DNA from: Microthyrium microscopicum
Taxonomy: Eukaryota
DNA: 64,000 nt
Reading direction: 5' to 3'
Assembly (NCBI GenBank): GCA_010405405.1
Contig: MU004240.1
Coordinates: forward strand, 572,316-636,315
Of this stretch, positions 36,506-50,300 are shown in pieces. A program made the translations under genes and the position numbers. Under the pieces are notes generated by a model that saw nothing but the letters and a program-made list of their open reading frames with translations, ran no database searches and was not told the origin of the DNA. Every line of letters starts with the position of its first letter. Position 1 is the first letter of the stretch.

Positions 36506-37783
36506 GGCTTGAAGACGAACAATAGAAGATACCGATCTCGCACAAGTAGACGGTGATCAGAAACTCTGTTGGGGAACCTATGAGTCGACGAAGAACGATG
36601 CTGGGAGAACTTGGCCTGTGGGCAAGTCCCCATATATACCTCCGTACTCCATATCAGTTCGCTCACTGCGTCTGTTTGACTTTACGGTGTCAGAATATTC
36701 AAGTTTCCATCTCCAGTGTTGGGACTTCCCAATGTAAACAATCCCATGTAAGAAATGACATTGTGTATAATTCCATCCAGGATTCAAGGAAGCTGGTGGT
36801 TTGATTCTGGAAGTGTTGTGAGCTCTATGTTTGCACGCAAGAGCTTCGAAGCAAGAGTCAACAACACAGAGATCCAGCAATTGCCACAGCTTGACAATGA
36901 TATAGGTACTAGCAAGGAGCAATTGTAATTGTCAGACAACATAGAAGAACGCGACGCGATGATATTTTGATGTCGTTGAGGTCTGATTTGACGCTAGGCT
37001 TCTTCGGGACTAGCGTCATCAGATCATCTCGTTGTTATGAACTGCGTTCAATTGAACTTGTAAAGATCACGACCATTCCATCACCTCGAAATTACTCTCT
37101 TACTGTGTCTTTTGGCTTTTGGACTTTCACGTCATACCGCATTGATCTGATTGCAGCCATCACAATGGGACCGAGAGCTCTCTCGCTACTTGAATGCGCC
37201 ATGAAGTCCCATCCACACGATGCCACCACCGCGATCTCTCAGAGCATTTAATGGCATCTGCCTTACCGATATGCTGTTGAGCGAGACTTGAACTCCATGT
37301 GGCAATCGATGGTTCAATTCGCAATGGTGGCTGTCTAGTGGAATGGGGACCTTCAAAGACTTTAGAACGTGTCCACAGACACGGAATATCATCATTGTGC
37401 CTCGATATCGGCCCGGCCAGTCTATGATCAAGTAGTATCTACAGTCCATCGACTTCCTCAAATGGCCACTGCACTCATGCTCGGGCTTCCTTGCAGCGAA
37501 TCTACAGGGCAGTGACCAGCGAGGGGCACCATCCATGCCCCGATTAATCTATCGTGACACTGCTATCAAGATGAGCACAAGGACAGAAGCACTGATCACT
37601 TTACTGACATGCCTAGATGGCTTGAGAGTTTTTAGCAATGGCTCGGCGACTGATATGCAAGCTTTTGCTAATTGTCTTTTCGTAGTCGAACAGTATAATG
37701 ACCGCTGAGTTCAGTATACAGCCAGACATATACTAGGTTTCAGTCAAATAATTCCTGCTCCTTAGTTCATAAAGCCAATAGCT

Positions 37784-39464
37784 ATGCCAGCAGCACCCTC
37801 TTCAACACTCACCCCATCGGGGGTCGGCCCTACACCTCCCTCCCACGCCCCACGCATCCTGTTCATCGGCGCTGGCTCTCAAGGTCATGCCTATGCCGCT
37901 CCAATCACACGTAATGGCCTTGGAACAATCGTCGGCATCTGCGAGCCAATACCATACAAGCGACAAGAGTTTGGCGGTCGATACATCTGGGGCAAACGAC
38001 CACCACTTGCCCACGAGCAGTTCTTGTTATGGGAAGACTTCATCAATTACGAGCTCAGCCGGCGGGAAGCTGTAAAAGCGGGCGATATTGGTGAGGATGA
38101 TGCGCAATACAAGGGTGTTGATGCTGCCTTTATCTGCGTTTTGGATGAACTACATATCAAGGTCGTGAAAGCATTGGCTCCTTTGGGGTTGCATATTATG
38201 TGCGAGAAGCCACTGGCGACGAATTTGCAAGACTGCGTCAGTATAATGAGCTCTGTGAAGAGGGAGTGGCAAGTTTTGGGCAGAAAGACGATCTTTGGAA
38301 TTGGTCATGTGCTACGCTACAGTCCGCAGAATATGATGTTGAGGAAACTTATACGGGAAGATAAGGTCATTGGGGATGTTGTCAGTTTGGAGCACACGGA
38401 ACCTGTTGGCTGGTGGCATATGGCGCATAGCTTTGTCCGGTATTTGATCATATTTCCTATGTTCTAGGTCGATACTAACGATATTCAGTGGTAATTGGCG
38501 TCGAGATGATACAACAGCACCAATCCTCCTCACAAAATGCTGCCATGATATCGACTTCCTCATGTGGCTCTTATGCTCTCCCGCATCCTCCACTTCGGCA
38601 GATCCACCTCATGTGCCATCCTACATATTCTCCTCAGGCAATCTAACACACTTTCGCAAAGCACGCAAACCACTAGGCGCTGGCTCCGCAACAAACTGCA
38701 TGTCCTGCCCCATCCAGGAGAAGTGCGCGTACTCCGCCAAAAACATATATGTTAACAAACACTTCCGCAAGCGCGACTTTGACTGGCCCCTCAAGATTGT
38801 AGTCCCAGAAATCGAAGATCTCTATGAAGAGCAAGGCAAAGAGAAGGCCGAACAGCGCATCCTCGAAGTGCTCGCTGAAGACTATACCGCCGAAACCCCA
38901 GAGTCGGTGGTCAAAAGCAGGCCCTGGTTTGGCCGCTGCGTGTGGGAGTGCGACAACAATGTTTGTGACGATCAGACTGTTACGCTTACGTGGGAAGATG
39001 ATCCGCTATCTACCACGCCAGCGATAGATGGCGAGATTGTACAGCTCGGTGACAGAGCAGCTAAGACCGCCATATTTCACATGACTGCGCCAACAGAAAA
39101 GATCTGTGAGCGCAGGGGCCGCATCTATGGCACTGAGGGCGAGCTCACCTATGACGAAGACTATGTGTCTGTTTATGACTTTGCAACGGACAAGAGCACG
39201 CGCTACAGAGCGAAAGCGGGTCAAGGCCATGGACATGGAGGTGGCGATGATGCATTAGCAGAGCACTTTTGCCGTGCGGCGCAAGCTGTTTTATCTGGTG
39301 AGATGGAAGTAGAGCTGGCACAAAAGACTTGGCTTGGTTGCGACCTCGAAGAAGTTGTGCGCAGCCATGTTGCTGTGTTCTTTGGAGAGATTGCTAGAAC
39401 GGGACGGACGGTTGTGGACTGGCGGAAGATGTGGGCAGATATGGTGGAGAAACCACTTGCATAG
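37784..39464 (+). CDS. Gfo/Idh/MocA-family NAD(P)-dependent oxidoreductase
   Basis: 'FIGAGSQG', 'CEKPLA', 'GHVLRYSP', 'EPVGWWHMAHSFVR/GNWR...LLTKCCHDIDF', 'GRCVWECDNNVCDDQ', 'GHGGGD'. Intron ~38440-38488. Confidence 0.92.
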
Positions 39465-39900
39465 ACAGGAAGGGGAGGTGATTTTCGAGTAGTGCCAACT
39501 TCTGGTACTTGCTATCATACATTCCTTCAACTATTTTTATGAATCTGGATCGCTTCAGATGGGACTGATGTGCAAGCTCGGATTTTCTGCCTACCGTGAC
39601 CCCGATCGCCAGGTCAGAACCAGGGGTATCAACCTTATTCTTGATGGCTGTGAATAGTGTCATGATGCAGGAAAGTCTGGTTTCTGTCAGCATATCTATC
39701 ATCGCATTTTATACCTCCCTAAGAAGGCAGGTCAGTGCTGGCCTCGGCCCAAAATTATACCCTCCCTCCACGTTATACTCAGCCCACTAAACGTATTTCA
39801 AAACATCCAGTTTCCTTTCATTCAATACAGCCTGCTAAATAGCAAGGCAGCCAGCTATTGATCAAAGTCTCACTGATTAGAGCAACAGAGCTCTTCCACA

Positions 39901-40545
39901 ATGGCTTCAGCAGATGCGCTCTTCTCACCGAACTTAGTGCCTGCGGCGGTACAGGAAAGTCTCCCCGATGGTTTGATCATGCGACCTCTTCAACGCGATG
40001 ACTATAAGCGCGGACACCTAGAGGTGCTAAAAGATCTTGCCCATGTTGGAGATATCACCGAAAGCGAATGGATAGACCGGTTTGACTGGATGGTGAACGC
40101 AAATGGAAGCTACTTCATTCTCGTAATTGTCGATGATAGTCAAGAAAGAGGAAGAATAGTTGGGACTGGTACTTTGATTGTAGAAAAGAAGTTGTAAGTA
40201 GCTGCCGTGGTACTTTCACATCATACTCGCTGACTTTGGAATAGTCTGTTCAAACTGGGTACCCAGGGACATGTAGAGGATGTTGGCATTATCAAAGCAT
40301 TGCAAGGGAAACGTTTGGGGACGAAAATGATTGAGGCTCTCGACCATATCGCCTCTCAGCTCGGCTGTTACAAGGTATGAGTTGTGTTCTCATCCAGTGA
40401 GACGGGTGAAACTGACTCAGCTTTCTAGACCATCTTGGACTGTTCGGGGACAAAGGAACACTTCTATGTAAAGTGTGGATATGAGAAGGCTGGAACTGAG
40501 ATGCATCACTACTACGACTCTGAGGCTCAGAAATATCGGGTATAA
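39901..40545 (+). CDS. GNA1: Glucosamine-6-phosphate N-acetyltransferase-like GNAT
   Basis: 'MRPLQRDDYKRGHLEVL', 'VGTGTLIVEKK/F', 'GHVEDV....QGKRLG', 'GCYK/TILDCS....FYVKCGY'. Two introns. Confidence 0.85.
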
Positions 40546-41160
40546 AATCTTGAAAAGCCCGACGCATTGTACAAATCCAGTACATATCTTCGCCGAGCAG
40601 GACACACTACTAAGTTCAAACTAGGTAGTTCTTCGCTGCCGCTCAATACTCAGCACTGTGCAGACCCCATGTTCGGGATTTTGGAGTCGCAACCCTCTCC
40701 AAAAGTGTGTTCTCCAGCCATTCTACAGTACTTGTAAAGGCTTTCGATTTAGTCTTGGAAGATTAGATTGCATTTCATCTTGGCAGTAATAACGATCCTC
40801 GTATAACACGTTTAAGCATTGATCTACTCTCTAGATTCAAGATCCAAATGCCAATTGCTGCCGGCCCCGACCCGATCGACTCATTATATTAGCCCTCGAT
40901 CAATCATAATCGTTCTTTAGATTGATCCGGTACCTCATCACATTTGATTCGAAAAATAATAGCAGCCGTTTCAAGCGGTAGCTCCCTACGTTATCGCCAG
41001 CACTCTACCTCCCACCTTTAGTTTCAATTCCAGGGGAACCCATTTCTCGCAAAATATCGAATATTGCCCAGGCATGTCTCAGGCTACATCTTAAACATTT
41101 GTGAGATAATAAGGTGTTAATGGGATTGCCACGTTTTTCAGACATGCAATAGCTTCCTTG

Positions 41161-43991
41161 ATGGCTACATCGAATCCTCTGGACAAGAAGCTAGAGCTTG
41201 ACCCGGATCTTGCGAATTCGCCGTATAGAGGTCACAGTCACGAGAGCAATCGTCCTTCTCTTCACGATGAAGAAAAAAGAGCAGGGCTAGGAACACTGGG
41301 GCTACCAGTCATTCTAGACGAAGATGGCGAAGAGCAATACAATGCTCCAGCTGAGACAGCAAAGGACCTCATTACAGAAGTCATTCATGTCACTGATGAC
41401 CCAACGCTCAACCCATGGACTTTCAGAACCTGGTTTCTTGGTAATGACATATTCGTGTTTCTATTTACATGCTAACATTTTTGAAAGGGATTGGTTTATC
41501 AGTATTCGGTGGCACTTTAGCCACCATCTACTATTTCAAGCCTCAGACAGTAGTCATCTCTACAGTCTTCCTAGCAGTTATAAGCTATGTCTTAGGCGAA
41601 GCCATGTCTCTTTTCATTCCTAGAAAGTCTATTATTGGTAAATTGTTCAATCCACATCCGGTAAGTGACTTCCAAAGTTCCAACTGAGCGTCCAATTCTT
41701 CTGTACACTAACATATTATCAGTTCAATAGCAAAGAACATGCAGCAATCGTGGTCATGGGTTCTGCTGCGGCGAATGCTCCACTCGCCATCGAAGTTCTT
41801 GCAGTACAGAAACTTTATTATGACACGGTGCCAAGTGCTGTAGTCGGTGTCTTTCTAATTTGGTCTTCTCAATGCCTGGGCTATGGAATAGCTGGTCTCA
41901 TGCGACGTGTTCTAGTTTATCCAACGAAGGTAAGTCCCCTGAAATTGACCTCTACTTTTCGAGAAATTGCTAAACTCGGTAGATGTTGTTCCCATACAAC
42001 TTGCCTCTGAATTCGTTGCTAGAAGCTTTACATGGAGAGAAATTCGCCGTCAAGAAAAAGCTTCGCGTTTTCTACATTGGCTTCACAGTTCTTTTTCTGT
42101 ATGAAATAATTCCAGAGTATATTATGCCTGTACTAGTTGGCGTTTCCGTGTTCTGCCTTGCGAAACGAGACAGTCTCCTCTTTACCAATTTATTTGGTGG
42201 CTCTAACGGCAACGAAGGCCTCGGAATACTATCGCTATCGTTCGATTGGCAATATATCTCTAATCCCAATCCTATGTGGTATCCACTCAATACATTGAAT
42301 AACAACTTCGTTGGTACGTCGGAAGCTTACGACAGCGAAAACTTGATTTCTAACTTCTGTCAGGGTATCTTCTGTGCATTGCCGTATTTACTGGAGTGTA
42401 CTACGGGAATATCTGGAACGCTTTAAAGTTTCCATTCATCAGTCAGCTTCTTTACACCGAAGAATCAAACGGCACCAACTTTGTGCAATTCAATCAGACA
42501 GCCGTTTTGAACGAAGACATGCAGATTGATATGGCAAAAGTTGCCGAGCAAGGTCTTCCCTACTTTGCTTCAACATTCGCGGTCTACATTCTAGCTACAA
42601 ACCTGTCCATCACGGCTACATTTTCTCATCTCCTGATCTGGAACTACGATGATATCAAGAATGCATGGGCTTTCCTAACGCCATCGAGTCTGAAGAGATT
42701 AACCAAAGCACGGACCTGGCAATTCTGGAAGCATGATGATTCCAAATGGGGAGGAGAGAATGATCCAGAGACAGATCCTCATTATCGACTTTTGCTAGCA
42801 TACAAAGACACGCCGAATTGGTGGTATGGGATTCTATTTGTAGCATCCTTATTCATTGGTCTGGGACTACTTTATGTCACAAAGTCAACATTACCATGGT
42901 GGAGTTATTTTATTGCATCTTGTGGACTTGCGCCTATATGCATCCTCTTCTTCGGGGTGCAATACGCCATCACTGGTTACAATTATAATGGTTGGTACAA
43001 CAACTTACTCCACTGGACTTTGCTGATCGTCATGACTAGTACAACCAGTTATTCAAATGATTGCAGGCTATCTTCACCCAGGTTGGTTGTCCGGCTTTGA
43101 TATCCAAGTGATTAATATGCTAATTTTTCGTAGGTAAACCAATGGCAAATATGTATTTTGTGCTGTTCGGATACAACAGCGTCGTTCAAGGTCAGCTTCT
43201 TGTTCGAGACCTGAAGTTTGCTCAGTATGCGCATCTTGCGCCAAGGTGTACACTGGCGATGCAGCTGGTAAGTTGATTCCCTGAATGTGCTGTGAAAGTA
43301 TGGCTGATGAGGTTGCAGATGGGCACATTGATTGGCAGTATCGCTTCATATTTGATGATGGTATCTATCACTGACAGCCAGCGTACTGTCCTTCTCGATA
43401 TACAAGGCACAAATATCTGGTCAGGCCAGGCGATTCAGACGTTCAATTCACAGGCAATTGCCTGGGGTGGTTTCTCCAAGTCTCTATTCCAAGTTGGTCA
43501 ACGATATCAATGGGTTACCCTAGCATTTTTGATTGGCTTCATTCTTCCACTTCCATTTTGGATCGCACACAAAGTCCTTGGTGCCAAATGGCGATTCGAC
43601 GCAGTGAACACCGCGCTCATATCCAACTTCATTGGTCTACTTTCAGTAGGAATCAACAGCGTGACACTGGCTTGGTTTGCGGTAGGCTGGTTTTCGCAGT
43701 TCTATCTCCGAAAGTATCGGGCAAACTGGTTTATCAAGTACAACTACATTCTCGCAGCCGCCATGGATGGTGGAACTCAAGTGCTTGTCTTCATCCTTTC
43801 ATTTGCAGTATTTGGTGGTAGTGGAAAAGAGGTAAGTGCAACCACATATCAGCCTAGATCGCATAGATTTAACGTTGCTTTAGCATAAATTTCCAGCTTA
43901 TTGGGGCAACAACTTCCAAGATGGAAACAACGATTACTGTATGAAACTGCCAGGTGCTGATGCTGGAAACAGCACAGCTGGCGGTGGATAA
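41161..43991 (+). CDS. OPT-family oligopeptide transporter
   Basis: 'DDPTLNPWTFRTWFLG', 'NPHP/FNSKEHAAI', 'NEGLGILSLSFDWQYI', 'DPHYRLLLAYKDTPNWWY', 'DLKFAQYAHLAPR', 'KYNYILAAAMDGGTQ', 'FPAYWGNN'. About 8 introns. Confidence 0.95.
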
Positions 43992-44979
43992 AGTATGATA
44001 ATCACTGAGAAAGGATGCATGGAGCATATAACTATCCTAGATAATACCGGATAATGACTAGAAGTTCTGATTGATCACCTTCAAATCTGAACAACGCCAT
44101 TCAATTTACGCGATATTTGGTTATCTGCACAATTAGATAGGTCAAAGTCGCTGAGTATGAAAATATCCAACACCAGTAGAGATGTTCTAGAAATTTGTAT
44201 TGCCAGCATTACTGAGTAGCCGTCAAATCTAGACCTTGTGATTCTCTACCAATAAAATTAAACCAAACCTGGTGATCTACTGGCGGTCCGATGCGTAGAT
44301 CTTAACTGCAACCCCATTATCTCCTAGGTCCAGGAAGAACATGTCCATTCTTGGCTAGCCTTCAAAAGCTTATCGTCCAAATGCTACAGGTCTTTACTGG
44401 GATACGAAGTCAGTTGTGGGGAAATTGCTTGCTGGATGAACCTTGGTCTCCTAGATCGTGATGTGTCAGTGGCTTTCAACATGGGTCAGTACTCCATGAT
44501 TCATTGAGTGCACAGCAGGATTTGCACGATACTCGAATTGCATTGAAGAACAGCAGATTCATTGGCACGAAGCGAGGTTGAGGATCTATACCTCGTTTCT
44601 TTGACCTGGATTACTTTCTCTATTCTTCGGCGTGTTCTGACTCAAGAATGGAGCTAATCATGATATTGGCTATGGAATATCCAATCCGGGATCGAAGTTT
44701 TGATCAGGTCAGTTCTGTAGCTGCTCTTGAACTAAGAGCCTGGCCGATCTGTAGTCCAAAGATCTGGGAACTTGCCCAGAGTCCGCTGTCATGACTGTTA
44801 CCTTCCAAAAGGCTCATTTTACCATCTCAAGTAGTCCGCTATTCATCTTGTCCCTACTGAGATGATTAACTATGAGATCGTATAAGATGTGAATCACGAT
44901 CCCTTCAGTAAGCAGAGCGTGTCAATATCATTTCATCCATCTTCGCAAGTTAAACTACGAGCAACGCCCTTAGGTCATC

Positions 44980-46000
44980 ATGCTTCATCCTATTTCCAAA
45001 GCTCTTGCAGGCTTATCCCTTCTTGGTCTAACTCTTGCAAAGCCAATTGTTAGCAACCCGGACGACACTGGCGACAACGATGCTATTACTGCCGTTTGGC
45101 AACCAGCTGTAGGCAGTTCCTATCAGATCATTCTTGAAGGCGTTCTTGATGTATCTAATGGAATCACTCCAAATGTCGATGTCTATGATATTGATCTCTT
45201 TTATCACCCTGCAGAGACAATCACCACACTTCATAATGCTGGAAAGAAAGTCATCTGTTACTTCAGTGCTGGTACCGCAGAAGATTGGCGCCCTGACTAC
45301 GCTTCTTTCACCAGTGACACCAAAGGCAAATGTCTTCCTGACTGGTCTGGAGAAAGCTGGGTCGATTACACCAAGTCAGCTGTTTGGGATATAATGGCTG
45401 CCAGAATCAAGCTGGCAAGTGAGAAGGGATGCGATGGCATTGATCCTGACGATATGGGTATGATCAATTCCAATTCTGAAGCCGGCAATGATTACTGACG
45501 CGCATCAGACGGCTATGCTAACGACAACGGAGTTGGCCTCAGCGAGAAAGGTGCCACGACCTATCTCAAGAAGTTGGCGGCTGAAGCAGCAAAGTACGGC
45601 ATGGGCACCGGCTTGAAGAACGCACTTGAGATTCTCCCCTCGGTGAAGAATCAAGTCCAGTTCGCCGTCAACGAAGAATGCGTGCAGAATTCAGGAGATT
45701 GCGCTTCATACAAAAGCTTCGGAAAGCCGGTATATCACATCGAGTATGTTGACTCGCGCTCAGTGTCTTCAAGCAAGCTCTCTTCGGACTGCCTGAAGAG
45801 CAACAGTGCCGATTCAGTCGGCTTTACTACTGTTGTAAGTACAATTATTCCGGAGGAATTCTTGATCTAACTGTTCCCAGGTTAAGACTCTGAATCTCGA
45901 TGGCTGGGTAGCTTACTGTGACGGAAAGACCGCGTTGTCACCAACCACAGCTGATGGAGTGGTTAAGGGACAGAAGCAATGTAAAGCAGATTCACCATAG
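44980..46000 (+). CDS. Secreted GH114 endo-alpha-1,4-polygalactosaminidase (Ega3-like)
   Basis: Signal peptide; 'VWQPAVGSSYQIIL', 'VYDIDLF', 'GKKVICYFSAGTAEDWRPD', 'KGCDGIDPDDM/DGY', 'GLKNA', 'FAVNEEC', 'GKPVYHIEY', 'LDGWVAYCDG'. Two introns. Confidence 0.93.
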
Positions 46001-47353
46001 AAAGTGGATATGATCTGAGTTTCTAGCTCTCACAAGTTGGAAGGAGCTCCGATTATAATAATTCGTAATTGTAATTGATGCGCACTGCAGCTGTTCTTAC
46101 TCTGATCATGAGTTGAAAACGGATGAAAACATACCTAACGATGGAATCCAACAAGTCATATATTGCCCTCGATGGGTGTCTGAACTACTAGAACAACTGC
46201 TTGACAGCTGGAGCACCTGAATTCAGCCAATGAACTGTTCTGATTGTACTGGAAATAATATGGTATGAACAGAAGCGTTCAGTGATTGATGCCGTTCCAT
46301 TAACCTGACATAAAGTGCCCACAACTCAATTGTTGCTAATATGAACTGTTGTCAATCCAACATAAAATCAAAGCTTCTGTATGAAGACATCATTCAATTT
46401 GTCACAATAGGCATCCGCAGTTCAAGCAAAGCATTTTGAAAGTTCAAGGATTTGGCGAGAATGTTTCTCGAAAAGTTGAAACATACGAAAATGATAGGTA
46501 AGATTTGGAACTCGGAAATCGTTCATGTAAGTTGATGTGGAGAAAGACAATCTTACAGCCGCTGAGCCTCGATTTTTCGACAAGGCTCCCACAGCTCTGG
46601 TTCCGTTCTTCTTTGTTGTCTTATTTCGGGATCTTCAAGCCATAAACGAAACATGTACAAAAAATCAACATTGCTGGCCAGACCAACATGTTGAGCGGCA
46701 AACACCAACAACAAAACAACTATTATAATCACCAACCTCCCTCCCAATCCTCTCAACCATCGATTCAACAATGTCTCAGTGAAGTTAAAAGCCTCATTCC
46801 GCCATTATTATGATACTTTGAATGCCGTTGATCCAACCACTCGCCTCAGCCACAGCACATTCCTCATCTAGGCCTTCATTACCGCCCGTCCAACCACCAA
46901 GCAACCTTGCCCATAACATTTAGCGCCACCGAGTCCCAAATCTCCGGTCCACGGATTCTTTGCACGACCCCAACAATCGACAATTCTCGTCTGCCCAGCC
47001 TTGCCCGCCGAGGCTGGGGAAAAATATGCCACCTTCCGTACACGCAAGCAAATCAACACCAGGGATGTCCAATGTGGGCGGCCGTCAGGAAGGTCAACTT
47101 GTTGCTTTGCTGTTCACCCTGCAGCGTGCCAGGAGTCAAGCACGCGTTCCCCCCAGGAGCAAGGGAAAGGGCTATTTTGCCTTTGCCTTCCTTGCCACGG
47201 GATCTGTATAGTGCAGTCTAAAGGAAAGTTTGTTCTATGCAGAAATATCCATCTGTCGTGCGGGCAAGAATCCAAGTCACCCAGGTCCGGCGGCGGGGAT
47301 GCTGACTGGTCGCGGGCCGCAGAAGCGAGATTTCCAGGGGCGCTTTGTGCATT

Positions 47354-50300
47354 GGGGACCGTCAGCCAGTAATTTTGGCGCCAGGATTTGAACTCCTCTG
47401 AACTGAACAGATCTACAGATCTAGCCTAAAGTAGTGATTATATACGTTAGTGGTAATTTTGCGTAATATTATGTAGGGATAAATACTTATATATAAATTT
47501 CCTTTATATGCGTTTTTTAGCTATGATCTTACTTAAAATACTACTAAAATAGATACTATTAAATAGCGTTTAATAATAATTACTATAGTAGTAATAATTC
47601 TACTACTTCTATATCTTATAATAGCTAAGGATTAAAGAGAGAGAGAACTACTACTAGAATACTACTATTTTAACTAGAATCTTAAGGATAGATTAGACTA
47701 CTAAATTGTTATTAAGTATTAGTATATTACGCTAAATCTATATTAAAGAATGCCTATAGTACTAATTTATATAGCGTAAATTTTTAAAGCAAGAGATCTT
47801 AAAGCTAGTAAAGCTCTTTAATCTTAAGAATCTTTCTCTACGAGATTATTTAAATCTATACTAAAAGAGGCCCTTTCTGCTTTATATAGTATTATATAGG
47901 TTAGCAAAAATATATACTTATAATAATATCTATTAGCACTTTAGTAAAAGTATAATATACCTAAAGACCTACTTTAATACTACTATTATATATCTTAACT
48001 AACGTTATACTAAATTCCTACTTAAATTCTATCCTTTTTTAAACGTAGAAAGATGTTGCTAATACTCTAAAGTAATTAATTGCGCTAGTAGTAGTAATAT
48101 CTTTTAGGGTTACATTAATAAGACCTATATTAATATCTATAGGCCTAAAGGACTAATTTAGTAGTTATTATATAGTAGATATGATAAAGCTTACTGTTTA
48201 AAACACTAGGTCGTTTGCTATCCTAATAAATTAATAATAGTAATAGATTTAGGATATCTAAGAGGTTTAAACAATCTAGGCATATTACTAGCGTTAGGTC
48301 TTAAAGATAAACTTTAATAAGTTAGTATTTATCCTATATAGATGTAAATATAACTTACTTCTTTTAAATATTTAATAAAGGCTTAAAATTACTACTATAT
48401 AGTGACGTAGCCTATTTAAACAATGATTTAATTATATTACTATTCTAAGAGAATCTAACCTAAATTTAGTACGACTTTAATAAATAGATATCTAAATATC
48501 GTATTGCTATTAAGTAGGTATTTAGTAATATAAAAGCCCTCTTTAAGGGAGAGATATCTAATTTTAGATTAGGTCTATAGATAGGATTAATACTAGTTAA
48601 AGTGTATATATTAATATTATTCTTACTTACTAACTACTATACCTATTATTAAAGGAATGTAGTATTTTCTTGCTTTTAAATTAATCTACTAACTATTTAG
48701 TAGTATCTTAATCTAAATAGTATATTTAATAATATAGTAGATAAAGGGGATTTAGAAGATATTAAGTATTTATTATAGTGAAGGGTAGAAAAGAAGTTAT
48801 AGAGTAAAGTTAGATATTCTTATTAAAAAAGGAGAAGTTAATAGGGTAGGGCTAGCTAATTATTTAACCCTAGTGTATACTTTTAAAGCTTTTAGTATCT
48901 ATTATAACATTTCTATAAAAACTAGCTTTTATATTTACTACTAATTTATATAAGAAATACTAGAATATCCTTCTTAAAGCCTATTATTGCAAAGACTCTT
49001 TAATATGCCCTTTATCTCTATTATCTCTAAGCGTATAATCTTTACCTCTTCCCTTAATTCTATAACTTTAATCCCTCTACTACTACTACTACTACTAATA
49101 TTCTTATTATTAATAATATTCCTATAATAAGTACTATCCCTATCTAAATTTATTCTATCTAACTAAAGAACTAGATAATTATAAATACCTATAACGCTAT
49201 TGATTTTAGCTATGAATTTTTAAATTCTATAACCCTAAAGAATACTTATATTCCTACTTCAAACTAGTAGAGCCTATGACCTAGTGGGAGTTCTAAGAAC
49301 TAGTCTAGAGCGAGAGGTAGTTGCTTTAATACTCTAATCTAGTGCTAGTAATAAAGATGTTAAAGGTAATAGTAATAATAGTAGATACGAAGTATCTTTA
49401 GGCTTAATGGTATTTATCTTAACATCTTTATCCTCTTTAATACTAATTAGAAAAGCTCGCTTCTTAGAGAACGTAAGGCTAAGTATTTCTTAAAGTTCTA
49501 TAGTATCTTTATAGCGTTAATGAATAGCATCTTATAGGGACCTCTTCTATTAAATAGTATTCTTATACCTTTAGAATGTCTTTATAAATAGGTCTAGGTT
49601 AATGTAGAATTTATCTATTAGTATAATATATCTTAACTCTTTTTCTAGTTTAATAATCTATAGTTTAATAGCTTTCTTAATAGCCTATTAAAGAGCCTAT
49701 CTAGAGAGGCCTTATAGTAAACTAGTATCACTTTTATACTTAGCTATAATATCTTTCTACTACTAAGTCTTCTATTTAGTAATAGCGTTACTACTATTAC
49801 TACTATACGCTTATCTATAATGATTTGTAACCCTAATAATATTAATAAGGGTGTAAGATTTGTATTCTAATTGCTAGCGTATTTCTTAACGTAAAGATAT
49901 AGTTAAAGGTACCCTAGTAGACGCCTTAGTAGCTACTTAACCTCCTCTTCTATAAGAGTGCCCTCTAGTAGTAATTTAGCTAGTAGAGGGCTATATTAAT
50001 AGAATTTAAAGAGCTTATAATAAGCTCTAAGAGTCGTTCTAGCTATAACTATCTAATACTATAGTGGTTTAATTTTATGAGTAGTTGTTAAGAATTGTTA
50101 TCTAATCTTTATGCTGCTATAACTCCTATTAAGACTTAAAATACGCTAGATTCTATGATATATTCTATAAGTCTAATATTGGCGTAGCCCTTAGAGATTA
50201 AGGCTATTATAATAGGAATCTTATTAGCTAAGAATTGTCTAGTAGTAGAGGAATTAAGTTATCTAACTCTAGATTAATTTGGATTAATAGGTATTAAAAT

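Noticed and set aside
47377..47400. B-box-like GAGTTCAAATCC on the minus strand
   Set aside because: No tRNA cloverleaf or A-box can be built; it lies in the Harbinger subterminal region.
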